Below, piece by piece: positions 8,189 to 17,440 of a DNA stretch of 64,000 bases; within the stretch, counting starts at the first letter, position 1; each line of letters starts with the position of its first letter. The notes under the pieces were generated by a model that did not search any database, had not been told where the DNA came from, and saw only the letters and a program-made list of their open reading frames with translations. This DNA is from an uncultured Muribaculaceae bacterium (GTDB lineage Bacteria > Bacillota_I > Bacilli_A > RF39 > UBA660), in contig CAZBQC010000001.1 of NCBI GenBank assembly GCA_964494015.1, positions 7,551-71,550 of the forward strand, read 5' to 3'. Both the position numbers and the translations under genes were made by a program.

Positions 8189-10567
8189 ATGGATTTATCT
8201 GCACAAAGGAAAAAATTACTAGATCGTAACAATCTAGTAAAAAATCAAAGAAAAAATATTAGTAATAGTAATTCTAATTCTAATTTTAATTCTAATGAAC
8301 AAGACACCTCTAATCCGCTTGCCAATCGTAAACCTCATCCTAATAAATCACTTTTTGGTCGATCAGATGGGGTTGATAAAAATCAAGACTCAAGTGATGA
8401 AACAAAAGATTCTAGTGAACCAGCAAGTACTGCTGGTAATAGCAATGCTGATACTAGTGATGAGTCAACTGATCTTTTAGGTGGTCTTAACAATCAGGTT
8501 TCAGGTAAGATTAAGGGGACTTTGGTTACTAAAGCGTTAGCAGTCGCTAGTCCTTTCCTTTTTGTAGGCATTTTCGTTGTCATTATTATCATTATTGTTA
8601 TTATTGAGTTAAAAAAATATTTACCATTTTTAAGTTATGGTGCTAATACCACTATTAGTGTTAATGCTAATAATACATCTTATAACTCTGTTACTCATAC
8701 GACTTCTGAAACTGATCCATTAAGAGCAAAAGAAGATCTCTTTAATCAAAAATTGGATGAAGTTTGGAATGTTTTCAACGACAAAGCCAATGTAAGTATC
8801 GATATTGATTATATTATCGGAGCTTTGTTTTATGACAAGATTGATCTCCAATTTTTAGAGTCGGAAGATTTGACGACTGAAGAAGTGACCGGTACTTATA
8901 AGAATGGTCTTGAAAAGATTTACATTTTGGCTCAGTATCAAGTTACTACTCACATCTATGAAAATAATGATAGTGGTGAATCTTCAGTTGATCCTACTGA
9001 AAAAAGAGAAGTAGCTAAAAATGATGCATCTGATACTGCTGAGACCTGGTATAAAGAAATTTTTAATGGTACTTGGAATTATGAAGAAGCTAATTTTCAA
9101 ACCCATTATGGAGAATTTGAAAATTTAGATACAGTTTATACCGTCGATGTTTCTAAGAAAGGGGTTTTTTATTGGAATTTAGTTGATGGGGATTTTATTA
9201 CTACTTATTATGCCAATCAATTTACTTCTGATATGACCGATGCTCAAAGAGAGGCTAAAAAAATTATTATTGCCGATAGAATATATCAGTTTGTTGAAGA
9301 CTTTAAAAAAGTTAAAAATAAAAATTATGGATATTTAACTGATGGATTAAAGGTTAATTTATATACCTGTGACTATAATGAAACACTTTATTTCCTTGGT
9401 GGTAACGGGTATAGTGTTTCTACTCTCGCCAATGAAGGAACAAGTTATCCGACTTACACTAATTTTAAAAATTATGTTAAGGGTGCTATTTATGGAGAAA
9501 TACCGTCTAGTATGAATGAAAATACTAAGGAGTCGGTTAAAGCGTTTATTATTGCTTTTAGTAGCTATGCTTTAGCTAGATCTAGTTACAGTAGTGGTGC
9601 TACTGAAATTGATGTCCATGTGGGAAATTGTTGGCAATTATCGTGTGATCCTTTATTAGGATGCCAATATTGCAATAGTAAAATTGGAAAATACGGTACG
9701 AATATAACTGGTGTAGATTCAACCTGTCCACATGGTAGGATTTGGTCGCCAAGAGAACCACTTGACGAGGCAACTAATGCTTGGTTCGATTCAGTTGTCG
9801 ATGAAGTTTTCGGTACAGTTATGATGAATGCTTCAGGAAATTTCTTTCGTGCTGGTCATTATGATAAAAAATCCAACCCAAATTGTGGAGCTAATTGCAT
9901 GGGGCAGGCTGATGCTGTTAAGGATGCTGCAAATGGCATGACTTATGAGCAAATTTTAGCTAAGTATTATTCTGGCTATGAGCTTGTCAATATTAAAGAA
10001 GATTTGTATATCCAAAATGCTAATTATGGTAATGGTGGTGTCGTTCTCAACCAGCTTTTTCATTATCATCAGGGAGATTATACAGAACGTAACTTTTGTG
10101 GTAGATCTGATGCTAGTATTGCTTCATCAGGTTGCGGTGTCGTAGCCGGTGCTATTGCGGTCTCGCTTTTAAAAAACCAGGCTGTTGATCCTAAAACAGT
10201 TATGGAGTTTGCTCATGCCAATAAAATGTGTGGTTATGGTATAAGTGGTACAGATGCGGGAGTATATGAATTGCTGGCTAAGAAACATCAGTTAAATTAT
10301 TCAGTGACCTACAAAGATAATGCTGTTGCTGTTGTCGATGCTTTAAAGACTAGTAAAGCCGTGGTTGTTGCCCATATTCCAGCTGGTACCAGTGGAACTT
10401 ATTCCAGCGGTTCTGGACACTATATCGTTTTTGTGGCCATCAATGCTAATGGACAAGCTTTAGTCTGGGATCCAGGGTATCGAAATAATCCACAACGTGA
10501 TAATGCATGGCATGATATGAATGAATTAGTCAAATATACCGATGCATACTATATATTGTCGAGGTAA
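8189..10567 (+). CDS. T4SS cell-wall hydrolase (VirB1 functional analogue) with a SpoIID/LytB-like domain and a C39-like/papain-like cysteine peptidase domain.
   Basis: N-terminal NSNSNS low-complexity region and a single TM helix (FLFVGIFVVIIIIIVII). ALARSSY...NCWQLSCDP...ILAKYYSGYEL resembles SpoIID. CG...SGCGVVAGA...GHYIVFVAINANGQALVWDPG is a Cys/His/Asp triad layout of the C39_2 type. RBS AGGAGGTGA. Confidence 0.45.
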   Translation: MDLSAQRKKLLDRNNLVKNQRKNISNSNSNSNFNSNEQDTSNPLANRKPHPNKSLFGRSDGVDKNQDSSDETKDSSEPASTAGNSNADTSDESTDLLGGLNNQVSGKIKGTLVTKALAVASPFLFVGIFVVIIIIIVIIELKKYLPFLSYGANTTISVNANNTSYNSVTHTTSETDPLRAKEDLFNQKLDEVWNVFNDKANVSIDIDYIIGALFYDKIDLQFLESEDLTTEEVTGTYKNGLEKIYILAQYQVTTHIYENNDSGESSVDPTEKREVAKNDASDTAETWYKEIFNGTWNYEEANFQTHYGEFENLDTVYTVDVSKKGVFYWNLVDGDFITTYYANQFTSDMTDAQREAKKIIIADRIYQFVEDFKKVKNKNYGYLTDGLKVNLYTCDYNETLYFLGGNGYSVSTLANEGTSYPTYTNFKNYVKGAIYGEIPSSMNENTKESVKAFIIAFSSYALARSSYSSGATEIDVHVGNCWQLSCDPLLGCQYCNSKIGKYGTNITGVDSTCPHGRIWSPREPLDEATNAWFDSVVDEVFGTVMMNASGNFFRAGHYDKKSNPNCGANCMGQADAVKDAANGMTYEQILAKYYSGYELVNIKEDLYIQNANYGNGGVVLNQLFHYHQGDYTERNFCGRSDASIASSGCGVVAGAIAVSLLKNQAVDPKTVMEFAHANKMCGYGISGTDAGVYELLAKKHQLNYSVTYKDNAVAVVDALKTSKAVVVAHIPAGTSGTYSSGSGHYIVFVAINANGQALVWDPGYRNNPQRDNAWHDMNELVKYTDAYYILSR

Positions 10568-10569
10568 AA

Positions 10570-11274
10570 ATGAAAAAATATAAATTATTGTTTTTAGTTA
10601 TATTGGTAGTTATTTTAACTGGTTGTCAAAGTACGACTAGTATTATAATTAATAAAGATTTATCAGTTAGTGAAGAAACATGGATCACTCAGGATACTGA
10701 GTTTTGGAATAATTTCTATAAGACTAGTCCGGCTTCATTAATTAATGAAGCTTTAAGTGATGAAAAGAATAAAAAGTTCTTAATCGATAACAATTATACT
10801 TATCGTACTGAGATTAGTAATTCTTTCAAAGGAGTAATTTTAGAAAAAAATTATTCATCACTGGAAGAATACTCTTCCAATTCAGCTTTAGCTAAAATAC
10901 CTTTTGATAAGTTAATCTATCAACAAAATGGAAATATTATTTCAGTTAAAACGGAAGGATTTAATTCATATCAAGACATAGTGGAAGATTTAGATGCCAT
11001 TTTAGTCAAATATGCCAAAATAAGTGTTTCAGTTCCTTATATTGTAACAGAACATAATGCTGATAAAGTCGATAAGGTAAATAATGTTTTTACTTGGGAA
11101 ATTGATAAAGAAACGACGGAAAAAAGTATTGTTTTAGAGTTTGATCAAAGTCGTTTGTTTATTAAACATCTTGATTTATATATATCTTTGGGAATAATTT
11201 TATTACTTTTAAGCATTCTTGGAGTGTGGTATTTAAAAATTCGAAAAAGTAATAAAATTAATAATAGAATTTAA
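10570..11274 (+). CDS. T4SS-associated lipoprotein with an additional C-terminal TM anchor. It is a possible VirB8/TcpC-position protein.
   Basis: Lipobox LTGC at residues 16-19 and a C-terminal hydrophobic helix LGIILLLLSILGVWYL. It sits between the hydrolase and the T4CP. Confidence 0.4.
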   Translation: MKKYKLLFLVILVVILTGCQSTTSIIINKDLSVSEETWITQDTEFWNNFYKTSPASLINEALSDEKNKKFLIDNNYTYRTEISNSFKGVILEKNYSSLEEYSSNSALAKIPFDKLIYQQNGNIISVKTEGFNSYQDIVEDLDAILVKYAKISVSVPYIVTEHNADKVDKVNNVFTWEIDKETTEKSIVLEFDQSRLFIKHLDLYISLGIILLLLSILGVWYLKIRKSNKINNRI

Positions 11275-11282
11275 AAGGTTTT

Positions 11283-11292
11283 GTGTTATAAT
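11283..11292 (+). promoter_or_regulatory. Extended -10 promoter (TGTTATAAT) for the coupling-protein gene.
   Basis: TGn + TATAAT lies 35 nt upstream of the GTG start. RBS AGGAGG at 11313-11318. Confidence 0.4.
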
Positions 11293-11326
11293 ATTCCTAG
11301 TTAATGAGCTTTAGGAGGTATGAGTC

Positions 11327-14290
11327 GTGAAATTAAAAATTAGAGCAGAATCAAAAGATGCTACAATCTTCATCATTTTTGCAGTTTTTCTTTTATATTT
11401 AGTAGCAGTCGGAGTACTTAATTTATCTAGTTTTGCCAGTTTTGGTGAATTTTATGGTTTAAATCCAATTGAAGCCTTTTCAGGTCGTTTTATTGTCCCA
11501 ACTATTATCTTTTATTTAATCGCTTTAGGCTCACTCTTCTTTACGACGGGATCATACTTTTTTGATTTAGAAGAGGGGATTGGTTTTTCTATCGGTTCAA
11601 AAAAAGAAAAGGGTTATAGTCGCTGGGCAACGGCTAAAGAAATGAAGAAAGAGTTAAAACTTGTTTATCCTCATGAAGAGAATTCTAGATATGCGGGTAT
11701 TCCTCTTATTAATAATGGTAAAGAAATCTGGGTTGACGACAGTCATTACCATAATTTAGTTATCGGTTCAACGGGTAGTGGTAAGACAACAGCTGTTATT
11801 TTCCCGATGGTCAGATTGCTTGCTAAACATAATGAATCAATGATTATTACCGATCCTAAAGGTGAAATTTATGAAAAGATGGCTGTCATGCTTAAATCAC
11901 GTGGTTACAATATCGTTTTATTGAATTTCCGTAATCCTCAAAATGGTAATTCATGGAATCCATTATCGATGCCATATAATCTATATAAAAATGGCAATCA
12001 GGATAAATCAATCGAGTTACTTGATGACTTAGCGCTTAATATCTTGTATGATGAAACTAATAAAAATGCCGATCCTTTCTGGGAAAAGACCTCGGCCGAT
12101 TATTTTTCTGGTATTGCTCTAGGTCTATTTGAGGATGCTGATCCGTCACAAATCAATATCAACAGTATCAGTTTAATGTCGACAGTCGGCGAAGAAAAAT
12201 TTGGTGGTTCGACCTATATTAAAGAATATTTTAATGGAAAAGATCCTACTGGTTCAGCCTTCATCAATGCTTCCAGTACGATTTTGGCACCAAGTGAAAC
12301 CAAGGGAGGGATTCTAGCTGTCTTTAAGCAAAAGATAAAACTTTTCGCTTCTCGTGAAAACCTATCAGAAATGCTTTCACATAGTGATTTTGATTTGTCG
12401 GATATTGGTAAAAAGAAAACCGCTTTATTCATCATTATTCAGGATGAGAAGAAAACCTATCATTCTTTGGCGACAATCCTTTTAAAACAGTGTTATGAAA
12501 CTTTAATCGACGTGGCTCAAGATAATGGTGGCGAACTGCCCATTAGAACTAATTTCTTAGTTGATGAGTTTGCCAATATGCCACCTTTAAAAGATATTGA
12601 CGTTATGATTACAGCAGCTCGAAGTAGAAAAATTCGTTTTACTTTGATCATTCAAAACTTTGCTCAGTTAAATGAAATTTATGGTAAAGAAACAGCTGAA
12701 ACTATTAAGGGTAACTGTGGAAATATGCTTTATTTGATCAGTACCGAGTTAGCTGCTTTGGAAGAGATAAGTAAAATGTGTGGTGAAGTAAAATCTAAAG
12801 AGAAGGATAAAACTGCTTCGACACCATTAATTACCGTCACTGATTTACAAAAATTAAAGTTAAATGAGGTCATTATCCGAAGAATTCGTCTTTCGCCATT
12901 TAAGACTAAATTAAAGGCCGAATACGAAATGAATTGGGGAAGAACTTATCCGAAAGCTCAGTATCCAGTTCGTGAAAAACAACCGATCAATATCTTCGAT
13001 ATGAGGACTTTTGTCAAAGAAAAAAAGAAAGCTAAGATGAATGAAATTTTGAATATGGATGCCAGTGGCAGTGATCCAATGGGAGGGTTTAATCCTAATA
13101 TGCCACCGTTCTTTAATCAAAATATGTTTAACAGTGAATCGCCGCCAGTTCAGGCTAATCCATATGGGATGAATGATCTTCCTCCTAATAATAACGATTT
13201 TAATATCGATGACTTGGTTAAGAAAATTGATCAGAAGATTGCTGAACTGGAAGAGGAAGAAAAAAGAAATAATCTGGCCATCGCAGCTGAGAATACCAAT
13301 TTACTGGAAGAACCAAAGGCAAGTCCTAATTTAGATCAAGCTATGGACAATTTTAAAATTGATCAGCCAATGATGGAAGAAAAACAGGTTGCTGAAGTCA
13401 GTCCTAGTCCAGGACCAGTATCATCGGAAAAAATTGTTGATTCTGATGTCGTCAATCAACCAAAAAACAATATTTTAGAAGCGGTCCCAATTCCAAACAA
13501 TAATTATTTTGAACCAATTTCTAAGAAGGAAGTTGTGCCAGCTAATATTAATTATCGTGATTTATATAATGACGAAGAAGATTCTGGCGGTGCGGTTCGG
13601 GAGATGGATAATATCAATCCCAAGGCTATTTATAACGTTTTAGAATCAACTAATTATGAATTGCCTAAAGAAGATAGACCGATTATTAAGGATGAGAAAC
13701 CTTTAGAAGACAAGGTAGTGGTAAGTGAACCAGTTAAGGAGGAACAACCAATACTAAATGCTGATTCCATACCAGTTAATGAAGAGGAGATTAATGATTT
13801 ATTTAAGAGTTTGAAAAATAATGTCGAGGAAGAAACTTTCTTTGATCAAAGAACACCTTTAAATAACAGTTTCAGTAGTCGACCTCGCTGGTTTGCTGTC
13901 GAAGAAGAGAACCAAGGTTATACAGCAGTTAGAAGACCAAAATCAAATAATCAGAACTCAGCTTTTGATTCAACTAACCACCCTAATGATAAAGTTTTTG
14001 ATAAGGGTTTGCCAGAAGATAGTTTTATCAGTCAGGAAACAGTCAATTTAAAACCAGTTGATCAACCAGTGGTAGTTGAGAAAGTAAAGTTGGAAACTGA
14101 TGATCTGTTTAAACCTAAAGACGCTAATCTCAATTGGTTTTCCGAACACGAAAATGATATAAAAAGTACAACTTTAGCAATTAATCCGGAAAATCTTCAA
14201 GAAGATATCAAGCAAGAAACCGTTAATGAAGAAACCGAATATAACGAAATAACTGATGATCAATTCTTTGATGATTTCTTTGATGACTAG
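11327..14290 (+). CDS. Type IV coupling protein (VirD4/TraG-like ATPase) with a very long acidic disordered C-terminal tail.
   Basis: N-terminal TM helices. Walker A LVIGSTGSGKTT, a DPKGE motif and Walker B LVDEFANMP. About 430 C-terminal residues are low complexity (N/P/E/D-rich) and end in DDQFFDDFFDD. Confidence 0.7.
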   Translation: MKLKIRAESKDATIFIIFAVFLLYLVAVGVLNLSSFASFGEFYGLNPIEAFSGRFIVPTIIFYLIALGSLFFTTGSYFFDLEEGIGFSIGSKKEKGYSRWATAKEMKKELKLVYPHEENSRYAGIPLINNGKEIWVDDSHYHNLVIGSTGSGKTTAVIFPMVRLLAKHNESMIITDPKGEIYEKMAVMLKSRGYNIVLLNFRNPQNGNSWNPLSMPYNLYKNGNQDKSIELLDDLALNILYDETNKNADPFWEKTSADYFSGIALGLFEDADPSQININSISLMSTVGEEKFGGSTYIKEYFNGKDPTGSAFINASSTILAPSETKGGILAVFKQKIKLFASRENLSEMLSHSDFDLSDIGKKKTALFIIIQDEKKTYHSLATILLKQCYETLIDVAQDNGGELPIRTNFLVDEFANMPPLKDIDVMITAARSRKIRFTLIIQNFAQLNEIYGKETAETIKGNCGNMLYLISTELAALEEISKMCGEVKSKEKDKTASTPLITVTDLQKLKLNEVIIRRIRLSPFKTKLKAEYEMNWGRTYPKAQYPVREKQPINIFDMRTFVKEKKKAKMNEILNMDASGSDPMGGFNPNMPPFFNQNMFNSESPPVQANPYGMNDLPPNNNDFNIDDLVKKIDQKIAELEEEEKRNNLAIAAENTNLLEEPKASPNLDQAMDNFKIDQPMMEEKQVAEVSPSPGPVSSEKIVDSDVVNQPKNNILEAVPIPNNNYFEPISKKEVVPANINYRDLYNDEEDSGGAVREMDNINPKAIYNVLESTNYELPKEDRPIIKDEKPLEDKVVVSEPVKEEQPILNADSIPVNEEEINDLFKSLKNNVEEETFFDQRTPLNNSFSSRPRWFAVEEENQGYTAVRRPKSNNQNSAFDSTNHPNDKVFDKGLPEDSFISQETVNLKPVDQPVVVEKVKLETDDLFKPKDANLNWFSEHENDIKSTTLAINPENLQEDIKQETVNEETEYNEITDDQFFDDFFDD

Positions 14291-14302
14291 AGAAACTTCC
14301 TA

Positions 14303-14350
14303 CCTATTTGTAATACTATAACATATAATACAAATAGGAGGGAGTTTTTT
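14303..14350 (+). terminator. Hairpin plus T-run downstream of the T4CP gene.
   Basis: Perfect 10-bp inverted repeat CCTATTTGTA / TACAAATAGG with a 16-nt spacer, followed by GTTTTTTATTT. Confidence 0.4.
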
Positions 14351-14354
14351 ATTT

Positions 14355-14648
14355 ATGGATACCATCGCCGTTATCGACTTTAAAAAAATAACTGGTATGG
14401 TTAAAGTAATAGATTTAAGAGATAATTATAAATATAATTTAAATAAAATACCTAATTCTATCAATGTACCATTTAGTTTTCTCATTACCAATCCTGATGA
14501 TTATATCAATAAAAATGATACTTACTATTTAATTTGTGAGTATGGTAAAAAGAGTTTAGAAGTCTCTAAGATTCTCAATCGACAAGGTTATAAAACGATT
14601 AGTATCTTAGGAGGATATCGAGATTATCAAAAAGAAGTTTCTGATTAA
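14355..14648 (+). CDS. Single-domain rhodanese-like sulfurtransferase.
   Basis: 97 aa with an active-site Cys loop CEYGKKS. RBS AGGAGGGAG. Confidence 0.6.
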   Translation: MDTIAVIDFKKITGMVKVIDLRDNYKYNLNKIPNSINVPFSFLITNPDDYINKNDTYYLICEYGKKSLEVSKILNRQGYKTISILGGYRDYQKEVSD

Positions 14649-14659
14649 ACTTCTTTTTT

Positions 14660-14760
14660 GATGATTAAATGATGATAAATTGAAGATAACCCAATTTATC
14701 TAAGAAAGATAAATATAACAAGTGAAGATAAATAATTAAAATCATCACTAAATATCTATT
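14660..14760 (+). repeat. Cluster of GATAAAT-like iterons with one 9-bp inverted repeat.
   Basis: GATAAAT at 14674, 14708 and 14727, with GATGATTAAAT / GATGATAAAT in tandem. Inverted repeat GATAAATTG (14674-82) / CAATTTATC (14692-14700). Confidence 0.4.
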
Positions 14761-14763
14761 ATG

Positions 14764-14793
14764 TTGATATTGGTGATGTTTTTTTGTTATAAT
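14764..14793 (+). promoter_or_regulatory. Sigma-A promoter of polA.
   Basis: -35 TTGATA (14764-69), an 18-nt spacer, then the extended -10 TGTTATAAT (14785-93). Confidence 0.5.
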
Positions 14794-14815
14794 ATTTTTA
14801 TAGTGGAGGGTAATC

Positions 14816-17431
14816 ATGAAAAAAGTTGTTTTAGTTGATGGAAATAATATTTTATTTAGAAGTTATTATGCAACAGCTTATAGTGGCAATATGATGAAGA
14901 ATTCAAAGGGTGTACCAACTAATGCTGTCTATGGACTTATCAATATGTTAAATAAGATTATTAGTGAAGAAAAACCTTCCTATATTCTCGTAGCACTCGA
15001 TAAAGGTAAAACTTTTCGTCATGATAAATACGAAGTATATAAACAGGGCCGAATTGAAATGCCTGATGAACTTAAGACTCAATTTCCTCTTGCGAAAGAG
15101 ATTATTAAGGCGATGGGGATCAAGTATTTAGAAATAGATAATTATGAAGCCGATGACATTATCGGAACGTTTTCGAAAATAATTAATCAAAGTAGTGATC
15201 TATCGGGAGTTATTATTAGTAGCGATAAAGATTTATTGCAGTTGATCAGTGATAAAATTGAGGTAAAATTATTAAAACAAGTTGATTATCTTCGTTTTAA
15301 TGAACAATACTTTAAAGAGACATATGGATTTGAACCTCTTAAAATGATTGATTTAAAGGCTTTGATGGGAGATGCTTCCGATAACATTCCGGGAGTTAAG
15401 GGAATCGGTGAGAAAACAGCACTCGATCTACTTCATGAGTACGGTAGTTTAGAAGGTGTCTATGAACATGTTCACGAGATTAAGGGAAAACTGCAAGAAA
15501 AGTTGTTGACTGGTCGAGAAATGGCCTTTATGAGTAAGGATATTGCAACTATTTATCAGGATATTCCAATGGACGTTTCAATTGCCGACATTCTTTATCA
15601 AGGAATTGATCAGACAAATTACTTAAAGCTTTTAGAAGAATTAGAGTTTTATTCGATCATTAAAAAATTAGATTTAAAATCAGATTCAAAAACAAATAAA
15701 GAACCAGTTCTCAATAAAAAGTTCGTTATCGTTAAAGATTTAAAAGAGATTAAAAAAGATGATGAGTATGCTCTTTATTTAGAATTATGTGGATACAACT
15801 ATCACACCGCTAAACCGTTAGGAGTTAGTTTAGTGATGGAAAATGCAACTTATTATTTACCATTTGAATTGTTGAAGAATGATCCTTACTTTTTCCAAGA
15901 TGGTAAAAAGAAATATACTTATGACTTGAAAAAGTTACTAGTTACTTTTAAGTATCATAATCTTTTTATCGATGGACAAGTTATCGATTTGATTATTGCT
16001 CTTTACTTGTTAAATTATAATATCAAGAATGATATTAGTTATGTCGCTCGTAATTTTGGCTATGAAATACCTTTTTATGAAGAGGAATTCGGAACACTTG
16101 CCAAACTACACGAACCAGATTGTAATTTTTTAACTGAAATATCTATCAAAAAGTGTGAATTTATTTATAGTGAAAAAGATAATATTTTAAATAAACTTGG
16201 GGAAGAAGGAGCTGCTGACTTATTTTATCAAATTGAGATGCCTTTAGTTTATGTTTTGGCTGATATGGAATATACGGGTATTTTAGTTTCCAAAGATTTT
16301 TTACTCGAGATGGGTGAGGAAATTAAAGTTAAGCTTAAGAAGTTAGAAAGTGAAATTTATGATTTAGCTGGATTAGAGTTTAATATTATGTCACCTCGCC
16401 AGTTAGGAGAAGTACTATTCAACAAAATGGCAATCAAGTATCCTGGTAAGGTTAAAGATAATGTTTATTCGACCAGTAAAGAAGTTCTTGATAAAATTAG
16501 AGGCTATCATCCAATTATTGATGTTATTACTGACTATCGAACCTATGCCAAACTCTATAATAATTACGTCATCGGTTTAGTTAGTGAAATTAAAGAAGAT
16601 GGGAAAATTCATACGACCTATAACCAGACTCTAACAAGAACCGGTCGTTTATCGAGCGATAGCCCGAATCTTCAGAATATTCCGGTTCGCCTAGAATATG
16701 GAAGATTGATTCGTAAAGCTTTTATTGCTCATCCCGGGAATTGTTTAGTATCTTTCGACTACTCACAAATTGAACTTAGGATTTTTGCACACTTATCGAA
16801 GGCTTCTAATCTAGTTCAAGCTTTTGTCGAAGACAAAGACATTCATAAACAAACAGCAAGCGATATCTTTAATGTCGCCTTGAATGAAGTCACTAGTGCC
16901 ATGAGGCGAACAGCCAAGGCCGTCAACTTTGGTATTCTTTATGGGATCAGCAGTTTTGGTTTATCAGAGGACTTGGGAATCGATGTCAAGAGTGCCAAAA
17001 AATTTATCGATAAGTATTTAGAGACTTATCCTGGTATTAAGGAGTACATGGAAGAAGAGATCAAAGAGGCTTACAAACTTGGATATGTGACGACGATTAT
17101 GAATCGTAAACGAACGATCGATGAACTTAAAAATAAAAATTACATGATTAGAAGTCAAGGAGAAAGAATGGCTCTTAATACCCCAATTCAAGGTAGTAGT
17201 GCCGATATTTTAAAAAAAGCCATGATCGATATTTATCAAGAATTTAACAACAGAAAATTCAAAAGTAAACTTTTGCTTCAGGTTCATGATGAATTAGTTT
17301 TTGAAGTCGTCAAAGAAGAAGAAAAAAAAGTTATTGAACTAGTTAAAGAGATTATGGAGCATGCATATAATTTAATTGTACCACTCAAAGTAGATGTCAA
17401 TGTTGGCACTAACTGGTACGAAGCAAAGTAG
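14816..17431 (+). CDS. polA: DNA polymerase I.
   Basis: 871 aa. It has an N-terminal 5'-3' exonuclease domain and C-terminal pol motifs (RRTAKAVNFGILYGIS, LQVHDELVFE). Confidence 0.92.
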   Translation: MKKVVLVDGNNILFRSYYATAYSGNMMKNSKGVPTNAVYGLINMLNKIISEEKPSYILVALDKGKTFRHDKYEVYKQGRIEMPDELKTQFPLAKEIIKAMGIKYLEIDNYEADDIIGTFSKIINQSSDLSGVIISSDKDLLQLISDKIEVKLLKQVDYLRFNEQYFKETYGFEPLKMIDLKALMGDASDNIPGVKGIGEKTALDLLHEYGSLEGVYEHVHEIKGKLQEKLLTGREMAFMSKDIATIYQDIPMDVSIADILYQGIDQTNYLKLLEELEFYSIIKKLDLKSDSKTNKEPVLNKKFVIVKDLKEIKKDDEYALYLELCGYNYHTAKPLGVSLVMENATYYLPFELLKNDPYFFQDGKKKYTYDLKKLLVTFKYHNLFIDGQVIDLIIALYLLNYNIKNDISYVARNFGYEIPFYEEEFGTLAKLHEPDCNFLTEISIKKCEFIYSEKDNILNKLGEEGAADLFYQIEMPLVYVLADMEYTGILVSKDFLLEMGEEIKVKLKKLESEIYDLAGLEFNIMSPRQLGEVLFNKMAIKYPGKVKDNVYSTSKEVLDKIRGYHPIIDVITDYRTYAKLYNNYVIGLVSEIKEDGKIHTTYNQTLTRTGRLSSDSPNLQNIPVRLEYGRLIRKAFIAHPGNCLVSFDYSQIELRIFAHLSKASNLVQAFVEDKDIHKQTASDIFNVALNEVTSAMRRTAKAVNFGILYGISSFGLSEDLGIDVKSAKKFIDKYLETYPGIKEYMEEEIKEAYKLGYVTTIMNRKRTIDELKNKNYMIRSQGERMALNTPIQGSSADILKKAMIDIYQEFNNRKFKSKLLLQVHDELVFEVVKEEEKKVIELVKEIMEHAYNLIVPLKVDVNVGTNWYEAK

Positions 17432-17440
17432 GGATTAATT

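Noticed and set aside
956-11300. A T4SS-specific promoter motif TTTGTGTTAT(G/A)ATATTC shared by the pilin-like genes and the T4CP gene.
   Set aside because: The same TGTTATAAT extended -10 also precedes polA and other housekeeping genes. It is the generic strong sigma-A promoter form in this AT-rich genome, not a cluster-specific signal.
900-14360. Direct-repeat att sites or a tRNA gene delimiting the T4SS block as an integrated element.
   Set aside because: I found no repeat shared between the 912-1003 and 14291-14354 or 14649-14815 junctions. The hairpins at each end are better explained as transcription terminators.
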